Source: an uncultured Gammaproteobacteria bacterium
Lineage (GTDB): Bacteria; Patescibacteriota; Patescibacteriia; Patescibacteriales; JAGXOH01
Length of the DNA stretch: 61,219 nucleotides
NCBI GenBank assembly: GCA_964635515.1
Contig: CAZWNU010000003.1
Coordinates: 1 to 61,219 of the forward strand
Direction of reading: 5' to 3'
The translations under genes were made by a program, and so were the position numbers. The notes under the pieces are model-generated. The model worked only from the letters and a program-made list of their open reading frames with translations. It was not told where the DNA came from and searched no databases. The number at the start of each line of letters is the position of its first letter. Within the stretch, counting starts at the first letter, position 1. Positions 1-11,811 of the stretch are shown one piece after another.

Positions 1-73
1 GGGTAGCTCAGTTGGTTAGAGCGCGGCACTCATAACGCCGAGGTCGTGGGTTCAACCCCCACTCCAGCCACCA
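1..73 (+). tRNA. tRNA-Met(CAT), elongator type; about 4 nt of the 5' end cut off by the window edge; CCA encoded
   Basis: D-arm GCTCAGTTGGTTAGAGC, anticodon loop CT-CAT-AA at 29-35, T-arm GTGGG-TTCAACC-CCCAC, 3' end TCCAGCC-A-CCA. Resembles E. coli elongator tRNA-Met (CACTCATAA); Ile2 not fully excluded. Confidence 0.9.
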
Positions 74-158
74 GTAAAATTTTTGATTGTTAAACACTGG
101 CAGCCTTGCTTCTCCGATTCGTAATTCTATTTCAAATAATGTAGTATATTGTTTATCA

Positions 159-231
159 GCACCGTTAGCTCAGTTGGTAGAGCAGCTGCCTCTTAAGCAG
201 ACGGTCGGAGGTTCGAGCCCTCCACGGTGCA
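159..231 (+). tRNA. tRNA-Lys(CTT), CCA not encoded
   Basis: Acceptor stem GCACCGT/ACGGTGC, anticodon loop CT-CTT-AA, T-arm GGAGG-TTCGAGC-CCTCC. Confidence 0.93.
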
Positions 232-292
232 CTTAAGAATTAAGATCAATTTTTAAGGTTCAATCAAATTTTCTGATTCCAGGGGATTTAAA

Positions 293-321
293 TTGACTAA
301 TTTTAGGATTTAAATTATAAT
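293..321 (+). promoter_or_regulatory. sigma70-type promoter for rpmF-nusB-rnc-pilT
   Basis: TTGACT (293-298), 17-nt spacer, TATAAT (316-321), 40 nt upstream of the rpmF ATG. Confidence 0.7.
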
Positions 322-360
322 TTCATTTTAATAGAAAGATAAGAAACTTAAAGCAAAACT

Positions 361-564
361 ATGGCAGTACCCAAGAAAAAAAGAACCAAGGGGTCGGTAG
401 GAAAAAGAAGATCTCATCACGGACTAGACCCAGTCCAGCTTTCTAAGTGTCCTAAGTGTAATCAGGCCACTAGACCTCATACGGCTTGCCCCAATTGCGG
501 AACCTATAAAAACAGGGAGGTTTTGAAGTCAGATATTTCTTCTAAAAAGACCGAGTCGAAATAA
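361..564 (+). CDS. rpmF: 50S ribosomal protein L32 (Zn-ribbon form)
   Basis: MAVPKKK start, RRSH motif, CxxC...CxxCGxY. Confidence 0.97.
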   Translation: MAVPKKKRTKGSVGKRRSHHGLDPVQLSKCPKCNQATRPHTACPNCGTYKNREVLKSDISSKKTESK

Positions 565-595
565 TTTATTCTTTAAAACTTAACATCCAAGAGTC

Positions 596-1072
596 ATGTC
601 CAATCGTCACTTAGCTAGAACTATAGCAATGCAGTCTATTTTTTGTTGGGATTTTAATGGTGGACAGGAGCAGGATTGCCAAAAAATTGTTCAGAACAAT
701 TTTTCCAAGTTCGCTCCCAAGTTTAACGATGACGGCTTTGTTGTTTCTCTTGTAAAAGGAGTCTTGGATAACCTGGATCAGGTAGATAGCTACATCATTA
801 AACATGCCACTGAGTGGCCTCTGGAGCAGATTACCATTATAGATAGAAGTATTCTAAGAATAGGTGTTTATGAGTTGGTTATGGATGATGATGTCCCGGC
901 TAAAGTGGCTATAGACGAGGCTATAGAGATAGCAAAGGCCTTTGGCGGAGAATCCTCTGGTAAGTTTGTGAACGGGGTTCTGGGGGCTATTTTCAGGGAG
1001 TTACCTGAAGAAAAAAAAGGAGAGGAAAAGAAGCAGAGCCCGACAGAGAGTTCGGATAAACAGGGCCATTAA
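596..1072 (+). CDS. nusB: transcription antitermination factor NusB
   Basis: [44 protein letters not shown]. Confidence 0.96.
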   Translation: MSNRHLARTIAMQSIFCWDFNGGQEQDCQKIVQNNFSKFAPKFNDDGFVVSLVKGVLDNLDQVDSYIIKHATEWPLEQITIIDRSILRIGVYELVMDDDVPAKVAIDEAIEIAKAFGGESSGKFVNGVLGAIFRELPEEKKGEEKKQSPTESSDKQGH

Positions 1073-1155
1073 TGATTAACTCTATATTACTGTCTTATCA
1101 GATTATTTCTAAAGAGAGTAAATAATTTAATGAGGTTGTAATATAGCCTAGAAAA

Positions 1156-1857
1156 ATGATTCAGGAAAAAGATTTTTCTAAGCTGGAAAAAAAGATCGGC
1201 TTTAACTTTAAAAATAAAGAGTTGTTACAACAAGCTTTGGTGCATCGATCCTATTTAAACGAGAATCCCAATTTTTCCTTAGGTAATAATGAGAGGTTAG
1301 AGTTCCTAGGTGATGCTGTTTTGGAGATTGTGGTTACTGAATACTTGTATTTTAATTTTCCGGAAAAGGAAGAAGGTGAGTTGACCAATTTTAGGGCTAG
1401 TTTAGTTAATACCCAGCTACTGTCAACAGTAGCCAAGGACTTGGGATTAGACGGATATCTTTATCTTTCCAAGGGAGAGGCCAAAGACAAAAATGAGAAA
1501 TCCAAAAAAAGTATTTTGGCTGATACCATAGAGGCTCTTACCGGAGCTGCTTATCTGGATCAAGGTAGAGAGGCGGCAGAGGTATTTGTAAAGAAACATA
1601 TACTTTCCCGTCTTGACCATATCTTAGAGAACAAATTATACCTTGACCCTAAGTCAAAGTTTCAGGAGAAATCCCAGGAAAAATATAGCATTACTCCCCA
1701 CTACAAAGTTTTAAAAGAGGAGGGTCCGGATCATGATAAAATTTTTGAGATCGGTCTCTATTTGGGTGATAGGTTGGTTTCTACTGGAACCGGCTCCTCT
1801 AAACAAGAAGCGCAAATAAAAGCGGCGGAAGAAGGAATTAAAAAAGAAAATTGGTAA
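1156..1857 (+). CDS. rnc: ribonuclease III
   Basis: NNERLEFLGDAVL signature, ADTIEAL acidic residues, C-terminal dsRBD (DPKSKFQE...GPDH...GSSKQEAQ). Confidence 0.98.
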   Translation: MIQEKDFSKLEKKIGFNFKNKELLQQALVHRSYLNENPNFSLGNNERLEFLGDAVLEIVVTEYLYFNFPEKEEGELTNFRASLVNTQLLSTVAKDLGLDGYLYLSKGEAKDKNEKSKKSILADTIEALTGAAYLDQGREAAEVFVKKHILSRLDHILENKLYLDPKSKFQEKSQEKYSITPHYKVLKEEGPDHDKIFEIGLYLGDRLVSTGTGSSKQEAQIKAAEEGIKKENW

Positions 1858-1873
1858 TTAAATTATTAATATT

Positions 1874-2923
1874 ATGAAGATCGAAAACATTTTCAAGGAA
1901 GCAGTCAAAAAAAAGGCTTCTGATGTTCATCTAATGGTGGGCTTAAAGCCATTCTTAAGGATTGACGGCCAATTAAAATCTCTAGAGAAAGAAGGGGAGA
2001 TCACTAATCAGGAATTAAAAAAAGAAACTTTTTCTCTTATAAGTTCTGATCAAAAGGAGCGTTTCCTCTCGGAGTATGATCTTGACTTCAGTTATTCTTT
2101 GAAAAGCGGAGAAAGATTCCGTGTCAATCTTCATTTTGAGAAAAACAATTTGGGTTTGGTGGCCAGGGTTATTGAGGAGGATAAGCCCACACTGGAGGAG
2201 ATAGGCATGCCTTTGGATATAAGTAAAGGACTGTTGAATGGCAAGCAGGGTCTGATATTGGTAACCGGTCCCACCGGTTGCGGTAAGTCGACCACTTTGG
2301 CCGCTATGATTGAGTATATTAATAATAATAGGAACTGCAATATCATCACCTTTGAAGATCCGATCGAATTTTTGTTCAAATCGAAAAAAAGCATAATAGC
2401 TCAAAGGCAGCTGGGAAGTGATATGAAAGCTTTTGCCAGTGGTTTGAAATATGCCATGCGTCAGGATCCTGATGTAATTATGGTAGGTGAGATGAGAGAC
2501 TTGGAAACAATTGCCACCACTATTACCTTGGCCGAGACCGGACACCTGGTCTTAGCCACTCTTCATACCTACAACTCTGCCCAGACAATAGATAGAATTA
2601 TTGACATCTTTCCTCCCCACCAGCAGAACCAGGTCAGGTCCCAGGTTTCTTCAACCTTGAAAGCTGTTTTTTCTCAGCGCTTACTCACTACTGCCGATCA
2701 GTCCGGAAGGGTGGCAGCCAGGGAGGTGATGTTGAACAATCCGGCCATTGCCAACTTGATCAGAGAGGGTAAAATTTCCCAGATTAAAAACACCATGGAT
2801 ACCAGTAAAGAAAAAGGCATGATGACCATAGATAGTGATATTAAGAGGCTATATCAGGAAGGTAAAATAGAAAAAGAAGAAGCTAAAATCAATATGGAAA
2901 ACCCCGAGTCTTTAAAGCAATAA
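1874..2923 (+). CDS. pilT: type IV pilus retraction ATPase PilT
   Basis: ASDVHL, Walker A GPTGCGKST, EDPIEF, RQDPDVIMVGEMRD, AETGHLVLATLHT, AIANLIRE (AIRNLIRE-like). Confidence 0.93.
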   Translation: MKIENIFKEAVKKKASDVHLMVGLKPFLRIDGQLKSLEKEGEITNQELKKETFSLISSDQKERFLSEYDLDFSYSLKSGERFRVNLHFEKNNLGLVARVIEEDKPTLEEIGMPLDISKGLLNGKQGLILVTGPTGCGKSTTLAAMIEYINNNRNCNIITFEDPIEFLFKSKKSIIAQRQLGSDMKAFASGLKYAMRQDPDVIMVGEMRDLETIATTITLAETGHLVLATLHTYNSAQTIDRIIDIFPPHQQNQVRSQVSSTLKAVFSQRLLTTADQSGRVAAREVMLNNPAIANLIREGKISQIKNTMDTSKEKGMMTIDSDIKRLYQEGKIEKEEAKINMENPESLKQ

Positions 2924-2941
2924 TTCCGGAGCACTCCCCCC

Positions 2942-2969
2942 TTGACATCGTATTTGGATGGTGTATAGT
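2942..2969 (+). promoter_or_regulatory. promoter for the stand-alone 23S rRNA gene
   Basis: TTGACA (2942-2947), 16-nt spacer (as in rrn P1 promoters), TATAGT (2964-2969), followed by an AT-rich leader. Confidence 0.65.
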
Positions 2970-3101
2970 ATATAAAGTAATTTAATAAAATTAATTCGAG
3001 TTTAAGTTAACGAAATAACTAAGAAATAATTTTTATTTCGTTTTTCTTTTACTAAAGATTGAAACTCTATATATTTTTTAGAGTTTTAGTATTTAGTAAA
3101 G

Positions 3102-3113
3102 GAACTTTAACAA
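3102..3113 (+). promoter_or_regulatory. boxA-like antitermination element in the 23S leader
   Basis: GAACTTTAACAA resembles rrn boxA (TGCTCTTTAACA); preceded by a hairpin AAACTCTA...TAGAGTTT (3062-3086). Confidence 0.5.
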
Positions 3114-3178
3114 TTGAAAAGTCTTATAGTCTAGAAAATTAAGAATCCATACTTATAATTTTAAGATTGTGAGTGTGG

Positions 3179-6174
<2,996 letters not shown>

Positions 6175-6238
6175 CACACTCTTAGTTTTAAATTTATTTT
6201 TGGATCTTAACAAAAAACAAAAGAAGGAGGACTATAAA

Positions 6239-6538
6239 ATGACAGTAGAGAAGCATTTTTTTGATGACCTGGAAGCATCCAGGAAGTATGTGGAGTCATC
6301 CAATGAGGAGAAGTTTACCTTGGAAGTTGAACTTCCCAGAAAGCTTATATTGGAAATTCTTAAGGTCGCTATTAGAAGGGAGGTCGGATTAAAAAAGTTG
6401 TTTCAAAAAATGATCAAGATGGTCTTTGTTTTCGATGAGATTGAGCGTGTTGACAGCGGAGTCCGGATAGTTGTAAAACGATCCCCTGAAGAAGAGGGGG
6501 AGCGATTCGTTTTCTTCGAGAAAACAGGGGATGAATAA
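6239..6538 (+). CDS. hypothetical 99-aa protein in the 23S-5S spacer, possible ribbon-helix-helix fold
   Basis: Open frame (the ORF track starts at TTG 6200); ATG 6239 has AAGGAGG at 6224-6230; FTLEVELPRKLILEILKVAIRREVGLKKLFQKM resembles the RHH/CopG pattern. Confidence 0.7.
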   Translation: MTVEKHFFDDLEASRKYVESSNEEKFTLEVELPRKLILEILKVAIRREVGLKKLFQKMIKMVFVFDEIERVDSGVRIVVKRSPEEEGERFVFFEKTGDE

Positions 6539-6575
6539 AGTCAGTCAAGGCCAAAGCTCATCTGTTTAAAAACTT

Positions 6576-6619
6576 AAAGTTTAAAGGTAGATTAATTTTT
6601 TAAACTACCTTTAAACTTT
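6576..6619. repeat. perfect 15-bp inverted repeat between the spacer ORF and 5S
   Basis: AAAGTTTAAAGGTAG (6576-6590) / CTACCTTTAAACTTT (6605-6619). Confidence 0.85.
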
Positions 6620-6639
6620 ATCTTAGAAAGACACCATCG

Positions 6640-6756
6640 TTCTGGTGGTTCAAGCGAAAGGGCAACACCTGATCCCATACCGAACTCAGAAGTTAAGCCT
6701 TTCAGCGCCGATGGTACTTGGGGGTTTACCCCTGGGAGAGTAGGCCACCGCCAGAA
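6640..6756 (+). rRNA. rrf: 5S rRNA
   Basis: Helix I TTCTGGTGGT/ACCGCCAGAA; ACACCTGATCCCATACCGAACTCAGAAGTTAAGC; GCCGATGGTAC; GGGAGAGTAGG. Confidence 0.97.
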
Positions 6757-6952
6757 CAATGGTGTTTTTTTGTATTAATTTCACTTTATTTTTGAAAATT
6801 TATTAAGATCAACTGTTAACTCTTTTAATAAAGACATGAGAGTTGTGTTTTTTTTGATCAAAATTCATGTTAAACTTAGAGTATAAATACTAATAAACAG
6901 TTCTTAAATAGATTATTTCCTAGCAGTTTATTTAAGACCTGTTTGGTCAAAT

Positions 6953-8782
6953 ATGTGTGGAATAGTTGCTTATACCGGCACCAAGGAAGCTTTGCCAATT
7001 CTTTTGGACGGTTTAAAAAGACTGGAGTATCGGGGATATGATTCTGCCGGAATAGCCATATCCGATGATAGTAGTGAGGTTAAAAGCCTTAAATCTGTGG
7101 GCAAAATATCAAAATTGGAAGAGGGTCTCGGGGGTAAGCGATTTCAAGGTTGTTTGGGTATAGCTCATACCAGGTGGGCCACTCATGGTGTTCCTACTGA
7201 AAAAAACGCTCATCCTCACCGTGACTGTTCCGGTAAGATCTGGTTGGTGCACAACGGGATCATAGAAAATTTTCAAACCATTAAAGAGCAGTTACAGAAG
7301 GAGGGTCATAAGTTTCAGTCTGACACAGATTCCGAGGTTATGGTCCATTTGGTGGAAAAATTCTATCAAGGTGACCTGACAGAGGCCTTAAAACAGTCCT
7401 TGTCTTTAATTGAGGGTGCTTATAGTTTTGTGGTTATGCATCAAGATGAACCGGATAAGCTAGTGGTTGCTAAAAAGGGTAGCCCCTTAGTTTTAGGCTT
7501 GGAAGAAGACGGGGTTATAATTGCCTCAGATGTTACTGCTATTATAAGACACACCAGGAATGTGGTGTATTTGGAGGACAAGGAGATAGCTGCTGTAGAA
7601 GGGTCTGATTTTAAAATCTTTGATTGGAATAATAAAACCCAGTCTCGAGAGACGAAAAAAATTGATTGGAACCTGGAAGAATTAGAAAAAAAGGGTTATC
7701 CCCATTTCATGTTGAAAGAAATATTTGAACAACCCAACTCCATCAGAGAAAGCTTGAGGGGAAGATTGATTCAAGAAGAGGGCAGGGTTAAGCTGGGAGG
7801 ACTGGATCTTGTAGCAGACCAACTCCTTCCCTTAAATAATCTGGTCAATGTAGCTTGCGGAACTGCCTATTATGCCGGCCTGGTGGGAGAATGCATGTTG
7901 GAAGAGTATGCCGGAATTTCCACTAAGGCTGTTATCTCCTCAGAATTTCGTTATCGAAAGCAGGTTCTGAATAAAGATTCCGCTATTTTAGGTTTAAGTC
8001 AATCCGGGGAGACTGCCGACACCTTAGCGGTTATTAATGAGGCTAGAGAAAAAGATATTCTCAGTTTGGGTATAGTGAACACAGTTGGTTCAAGTATCGC
8101 TCGAGCCACCAAGGCTGGTGTGTATAATCATATTGGACCGGAAATAGCAGTAGCCTCGACCAAGGCGTTTACTTCTCAGCTTGTTATTTTGGCCCTACTA
8201 ACGGTTTACCTGGGCAGAATGAGAGACATGTCTTTGGCTATGGGAGAAAGAATTACCAAGGAAATAGAGTTATTACCCCAGAAGGCGGAAGAGGCTTTGA
8301 AAGAGGATGAGCGGATTAAGGTGGTTGCTCAGAAATATCATCAAGTTTCCGGCTTTGCTTTTTTGGGAAGAAAGTATAATTACCCTATAGCCTTGGAAGG
8401 AGCTTTAAAATTAAAAGAGATATCTTATATCCATTCCGAGGGTTTTGCCGGAGGGGAAATAAAACATGGCCCCCTAGCCTTGATAGATGAAAATTTCCCT
8501 TCTTTATTTGTAGTACCCCAGGATAGTGTTTACAAGAAAAATTTGAGTAATATCCAGGAGATAAAAGCAAGAGGGGGGCCGGTAATAGCTTTGGCCACTC
8601 AAGGTGATGAAGAGATAAAAAAGATAGTTGATGATGTTATATATATACCCAAAACTTTGGAAATGTTGACCCCTATTATCTCGGTCATTCCTCTGCAGCT
8701 CTTTGCTTATCATATGGCAACTTTAAACGGAACTGATGTGGACAAGCCCAGGAATCTGGCCAAATCGGTCACGGTGGAATAG
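6953..8782 (+). CDS. glmS: glutamine--fructose-6-phosphate aminotransferase
   Basis: N-terminal MCGIV, LEYRGYDSAG, HTRWATHG, HNGIIEN, SQSGETADT, VASTKAFT, PRNLAKSVTVE. Confidence 0.98.
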   Translation: MCGIVAYTGTKEALPILLDGLKRLEYRGYDSAGIAISDDSSEVKSLKSVGKISKLEEGLGGKRFQGCLGIAHTRWATHGVPTEKNAHPHRDCSGKIWLVHNGIIENFQTIKEQLQKEGHKFQSDTDSEVMVHLVEKFYQGDLTEALKQSLSLIEGAYSFVVMHQDEPDKLVVAKKGSPLVLGLEEDGVIIASDVTAIIRHTRNVVYLEDKEIAAVEGSDFKIFDWNNKTQSRETKKIDWNLEELEKKGYPHFMLKEIFEQPNSIRESLRGRLIQEEGRVKLGGLDLVADQLLPLNNLVNVACGTAYYAGLVGECMLEEYAGISTKAVISSEFRYRKQVLNKDSAILGLSQSGETADTLAVINEAREKDILSLGIVNTVGSSIARATKAGVYNHIGPEIAVASTKAFTSQLVILALLTVYLGRMRDMSLAMGERITKEIELLPQKAEEALKEDERIKVVAQKYHQVSGFAFLGRKYNYPIALEGALKLKEISYIHSEGFAGGEIKHGPLALIDENFPSLFVVPQDSVYKKNLSNIQEIKARGGPVIALATQGDEEIKKIVDDVIYIPKTLEMLTPIISVIPLQLFAYHMATLNGTDVDKPRNLAKSVTVE

Positions 8783-8813
8783 TTTTTATATCTTTTTAAT
8801 ATTTTAATTTTTT

Positions 8814-9773
8814 ATGACCAAGAAAATTACCACCATAGGGGGCGGGAGCGGTCAGTATATTCTTCTTTACGGACTTCGGGATGTTTCTGATTTCCAAATC
8901 AGTGCAGTGGTTTCCATGGTAGATAGTGGTGGAAGTACCGGCAGACTTAGGGATGAGCTAGGGGTCCTTCCTCCGGGTGATATTTTGAAATGCCTTTTAG
9001 CCCTCTCTTCATATCGAGATTCGGCTAGAGAGATCCTGCAAAAAAGATTTCAAAGCAATGATAAATTGGCGGAGCATAGTTTAGGGAATATGCTTTTGAG
9101 TATGCTTTCTCAGTATTGCAATGATTTTGCCGAAGGAGTTGAGGCTTTGGGAGAGGTTTTAGAGAGCAAGGGCAAGGTTCTGCCGGTAACCACTGACAAG
9201 GCCACCTTGGTGGCGGAATTGACTGACGGCTCATGGCTTTTCGGAGAATCAGCCATTGACCTTCCTCGAGGAGATCAAAGGGAGAAGATAAAAAGGACTT
9301 TCTTGGTCCCTCATCATAGTGACTCCATAAAGGTTTATCCAGAGGTTTTGGAGTCTATCAAAGAAGCTGATTATATAATTTTGGGTCCGGGCGATCTTTA
9401 TACCAGTATTATACCCAATTTATTGGTAGAAGGAGTTAAAGAGGAACTGGCCCAGAGTTCGGCTCGTCTTGTTTACATCGGAAATATCATGACCAAGTTT
9501 GGAGAGACTGATGATTTTTCCGCTGGGGATTTTATAGATAAACTGGAGGAGTTTTTGCCCAGAAAATTGGATAAAGTTATTTTCAATAAGGCTTATCCCG
9601 ATAGTGATATTTTAGCTAAATATGAGGATCAAAAAGCCTACTTTGTAAAACCGCCCCGGGAAGACTCAAAAGAAAGGAGTTTTATAAATGAGGATCTTTT
9701 AAGTGTTTCCGGAGGCGTAGTCAGGCACGATCCGGACAAGCTTTCCGGTTTATTGCAAAGAATTTTATTATGA
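8814..9773 (+). CDS. yvcK: YvcK/GlmR (UPF0052, CofD-like) family protein
   Basis: IGGGSG, VDSGGSTGRLR, PPGDI, HSLGN, GPGDLYTSIIPNLLV, RHDPDKL. Confidence 0.9.
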   Translation: MTKKITTIGGGSGQYILLYGLRDVSDFQISAVVSMVDSGGSTGRLRDELGVLPPGDILKCLLALSSYRDSAREILQKRFQSNDKLAEHSLGNMLLSMLSQYCNDFAEGVEALGEVLESKGKVLPVTTDKATLVAELTDGSWLFGESAIDLPRGDQREKIKRTFLVPHHSDSIKVYPEVLESIKEADYIILGPGDLYTSIIPNLLVEGVKEELAQSSARLVYIGNIMTKFGETDDFSAGDFIDKLEEFLPRKLDKVIFNKAYPDSDILAKYEDQKAYFVKPPREDSKERSFINEDLLSVSGGVVRHDPDKLSGLLQRILL

Positions 9774-9800
9774 TCACAGATCAAGATCTAAATTTTTATT

Positions 9801-10304
9801 ATGATTGTTTTTTTTGATTTTGATGATACTTTATTTGATAGAAATAAATTTATATCCGCCTTGGCCGGGAGGATGGGTCTGAGTCGAGATGAGTTTTTGG
9901 AAACTTACACTCGTTATTTCAAAGACAAGAAAAGACCTTATTCTTGCGAGAAGCACCTTGAGACCTTGAAGAGACAAGACAGGTGGACAGATGTTGATTC
10001 CTTCCTCCAGGACCTGTCCGACTTTGTTCATCCCGAAGCTCATAATCTGATCCGAAAATATAAAACTCGAGCGGACCGGGCCATATTATTAAGTTATGGT
10101 GAAGAGAATTTCCAGAAAATCAAGATCCAGGCCTCGGGTTTGGCTGGATATTTTGATGAAGTAATAGTGACTCAAGACAAGGTTGCTGTTTTGAAGCATC
10201 TAATTTCAGAGAAAGAAAAAGCCATCTTTATTAACGACAAAGAAGAGGAAAATAAAGAAGTAAAAAGAATTTTGTCCAACATAGAGGTGGTGGATGTTTT
10301 TTGA
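9801..10304 (+). CDS. HAD-superfamily hydrolase
   Basis: Motif I FFDFDDTLFD; LLSYG...FQKIKI; motif IV-like FINDK. Confidence 0.8.
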   Translation: MIVFFDFDDTLFDRNKFISALAGRMGLSRDEFLETYTRYFKDKKRPYSCEKHLETLKRQDRWTDVDSFLQDLSDFVHPEAHNLIRKYKTRADRAILLSYGEENFQKIKIQASGLAGYFDEVIVTQDKVAVLKHLISEKEKAIFINDKEEENKEVKRILSNIEVVDVF

Positions 10305-10363
10305 TTTTCTGCCTGTATCTTTAAAGTTGGGATTTTGTCCGAGATTGAAGAATAATTTATTTT

Positions 10364-11059
10364 TTGAATATGAAAGCAGTTATACTAGCAGCCGGTCGGG
10401 GGACTCGTTTAAGACCCCTGACCCAAAAGACTCCCAAAGCCTTGTTGTCAGTCCAAGGCAAAACACTGATTGAACATAATTTAGAAAAACTTCCGAAAGA
10501 GGTCAAGGAGGTGATAATTGTTATTAATTATTTGGGAGCTCAAATAAAAAGACACCTGGGAGAAGAGTTCCGAGGAAGGAGAATAAGGTATGTGGAGCAG
10601 CCGGAGTTGCTCGGCACCGGTCAGGCTGTTCAAATCTGTGAACCCTTTTTAAAAGACAGGTTTTTGGTTTTTATGGGAGATGATATCTATGATTCCCGTG
10701 ATTTTGAGGTCTGTCTCAACAGGGAAACCTGTTTAATGGTCAAGGAGATGCCTAAAGATTTTTCCGGAGATACAATAAGGGTTGATAAGAAAGGTTTTTT
10801 TCAAGATATAACAGAGGGGGATGAGAGTGATAGTTTCAAGTTAGCCAATATCGGGCTTTATATGCTGGATCAGAAATTCTTTGATTTCGATCTGATCCCC
10901 TTGAAGAACAAAAAGGAGTTCGGCCTTCCTCACACTTTAGTAGAGGTTTCTCGATATCATCCTATCAAAGTGGAGAGGGCTAATTTTTGGCATCAGGTAA
11001 ACAGTCTGGAAGATTTTGAAAGCTTGGTAGAATTTTTCGGATCTGTCAAAAAATGTTAG
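10364..11059 (+). CDS. sugar-phosphate nucleotidyltransferase (GlmU N-terminal-like, no acetyltransferase domain)
   Basis: KAVILAAGRGTRLRPLT..TPKAL, LLGTGQAV, FLVFMGDDI; 231 aa with no left-handed beta-helix. Start may be ATG 10370. Confidence 0.85.
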   Translation: MNMKAVILAAGRGTRLRPLTQKTPKALLSVQGKTLIEHNLEKLPKEVKEVIIVINYLGAQIKRHLGEEFRGRRIRYVEQPELLGTGQAVQICEPFLKDRFLVFMGDDIYDSRDFEVCLNRETCLMVKEMPKDFSGDTIRVDKKGFFQDITEGDESDSFKLANIGLYMLDQKFFDFDLIPLKNKKEFGLPHTLVEVSRYHPIKVERANFWHQVNSLEDFESLVEFFGSVKKC

Positions 11060-11098
11060 AGTCAAGAGGCATGTAAGATTAATTTTACAAGTTCTATT

Positions 11099-11800
11099 AT
11101 GACCGCTTCAGTTATCTTAAGTATTTTAGCCCTTTATTCCGTTGGTATTATTCTCATTATCTCCGGTGTAGAGGCTTTAAAGAGGTTTAAGAAAAATCTT
11201 TCTGAAAGGTACTTCGGTTATGGACTTATTTGTTTGGGAATTGTCCTCGGTCCTTTAATGGGAACCAGAACTGTTTTCGGAATCCAGGGCTATCACTCTA
11301 TCGATTTTTCTTTGGCTGCCCTCAATCAGCTTGTTTTGATATTGGGAATAGCTGCCTTTGGCTTTTCTTTTTCTTACAAGATTTTTTCCGGCAAAGCCAG
11401 GGTGGCCGCTAAGATTTTCTGGATATTGGTGGCTGTTCTTCTTTTCGGAGCCTGGATATTGGCTTTGAAGTTGGGAGCCTATGATGGTCCGCATGTTTCA
11501 AGATGGGGGACAGAATATGAGCCTACCGGCTTTGCCAAACTGGCCTCGATAAAGATGGTGGTTTTTTTGGCCTTATTTAATTTGGCTTTTTTGATTCGAC
11601 GTCTCTATGAATGGCATCAGAAAAGAAAAATAAATTATGATTTTTATATCGGTCTTACATTCATAGTTTTCCTCTGTTTTTTTATTTTCGAGCAGCTCGG
11701 TCAGATGGATACCTGGAAACTTCTTTTTTCCCGGGTTGTCTTCAATGCTTTGGCTGTCACGTTTTTCCTTTTGTACACCAAGGAATCCTTTAAGGAATAA
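11099..11800 (+). CDS. polytopic (about 7 TM) membrane protein, putative sensor input
   Basis: Seven hydrophobic segments; lies 11 nt upstream of the histidine kinase. Confidence 0.6.
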   Translation: MTASVILSILALYSVGIILIISGVEALKRFKKNLSERYFGYGLICLGIVLGPLMGTRTVFGIQGYHSIDFSLAALNQLVLILGIAAFGFSFSYKIFSGKARVAAKIFWILVAVLLFGAWILALKLGAYDGPHVSRWGTEYEPTGFAKLASIKMVVFLALFNLAFLIRRLYEWHQKRKINYDFYIGLTFIVFLCFFIFEQLGQMDTWKLLFSRVVFNALAVTFFLLYTKESFKE

Positions 11801-11811
11801 AATGATTTTTT

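Noticed and set aside
6773-6952. glmS ribozyme upstream of glmS
   Set aside because: The leader is AT-rich and lacks the AGCGCC and GACGAG core elements.
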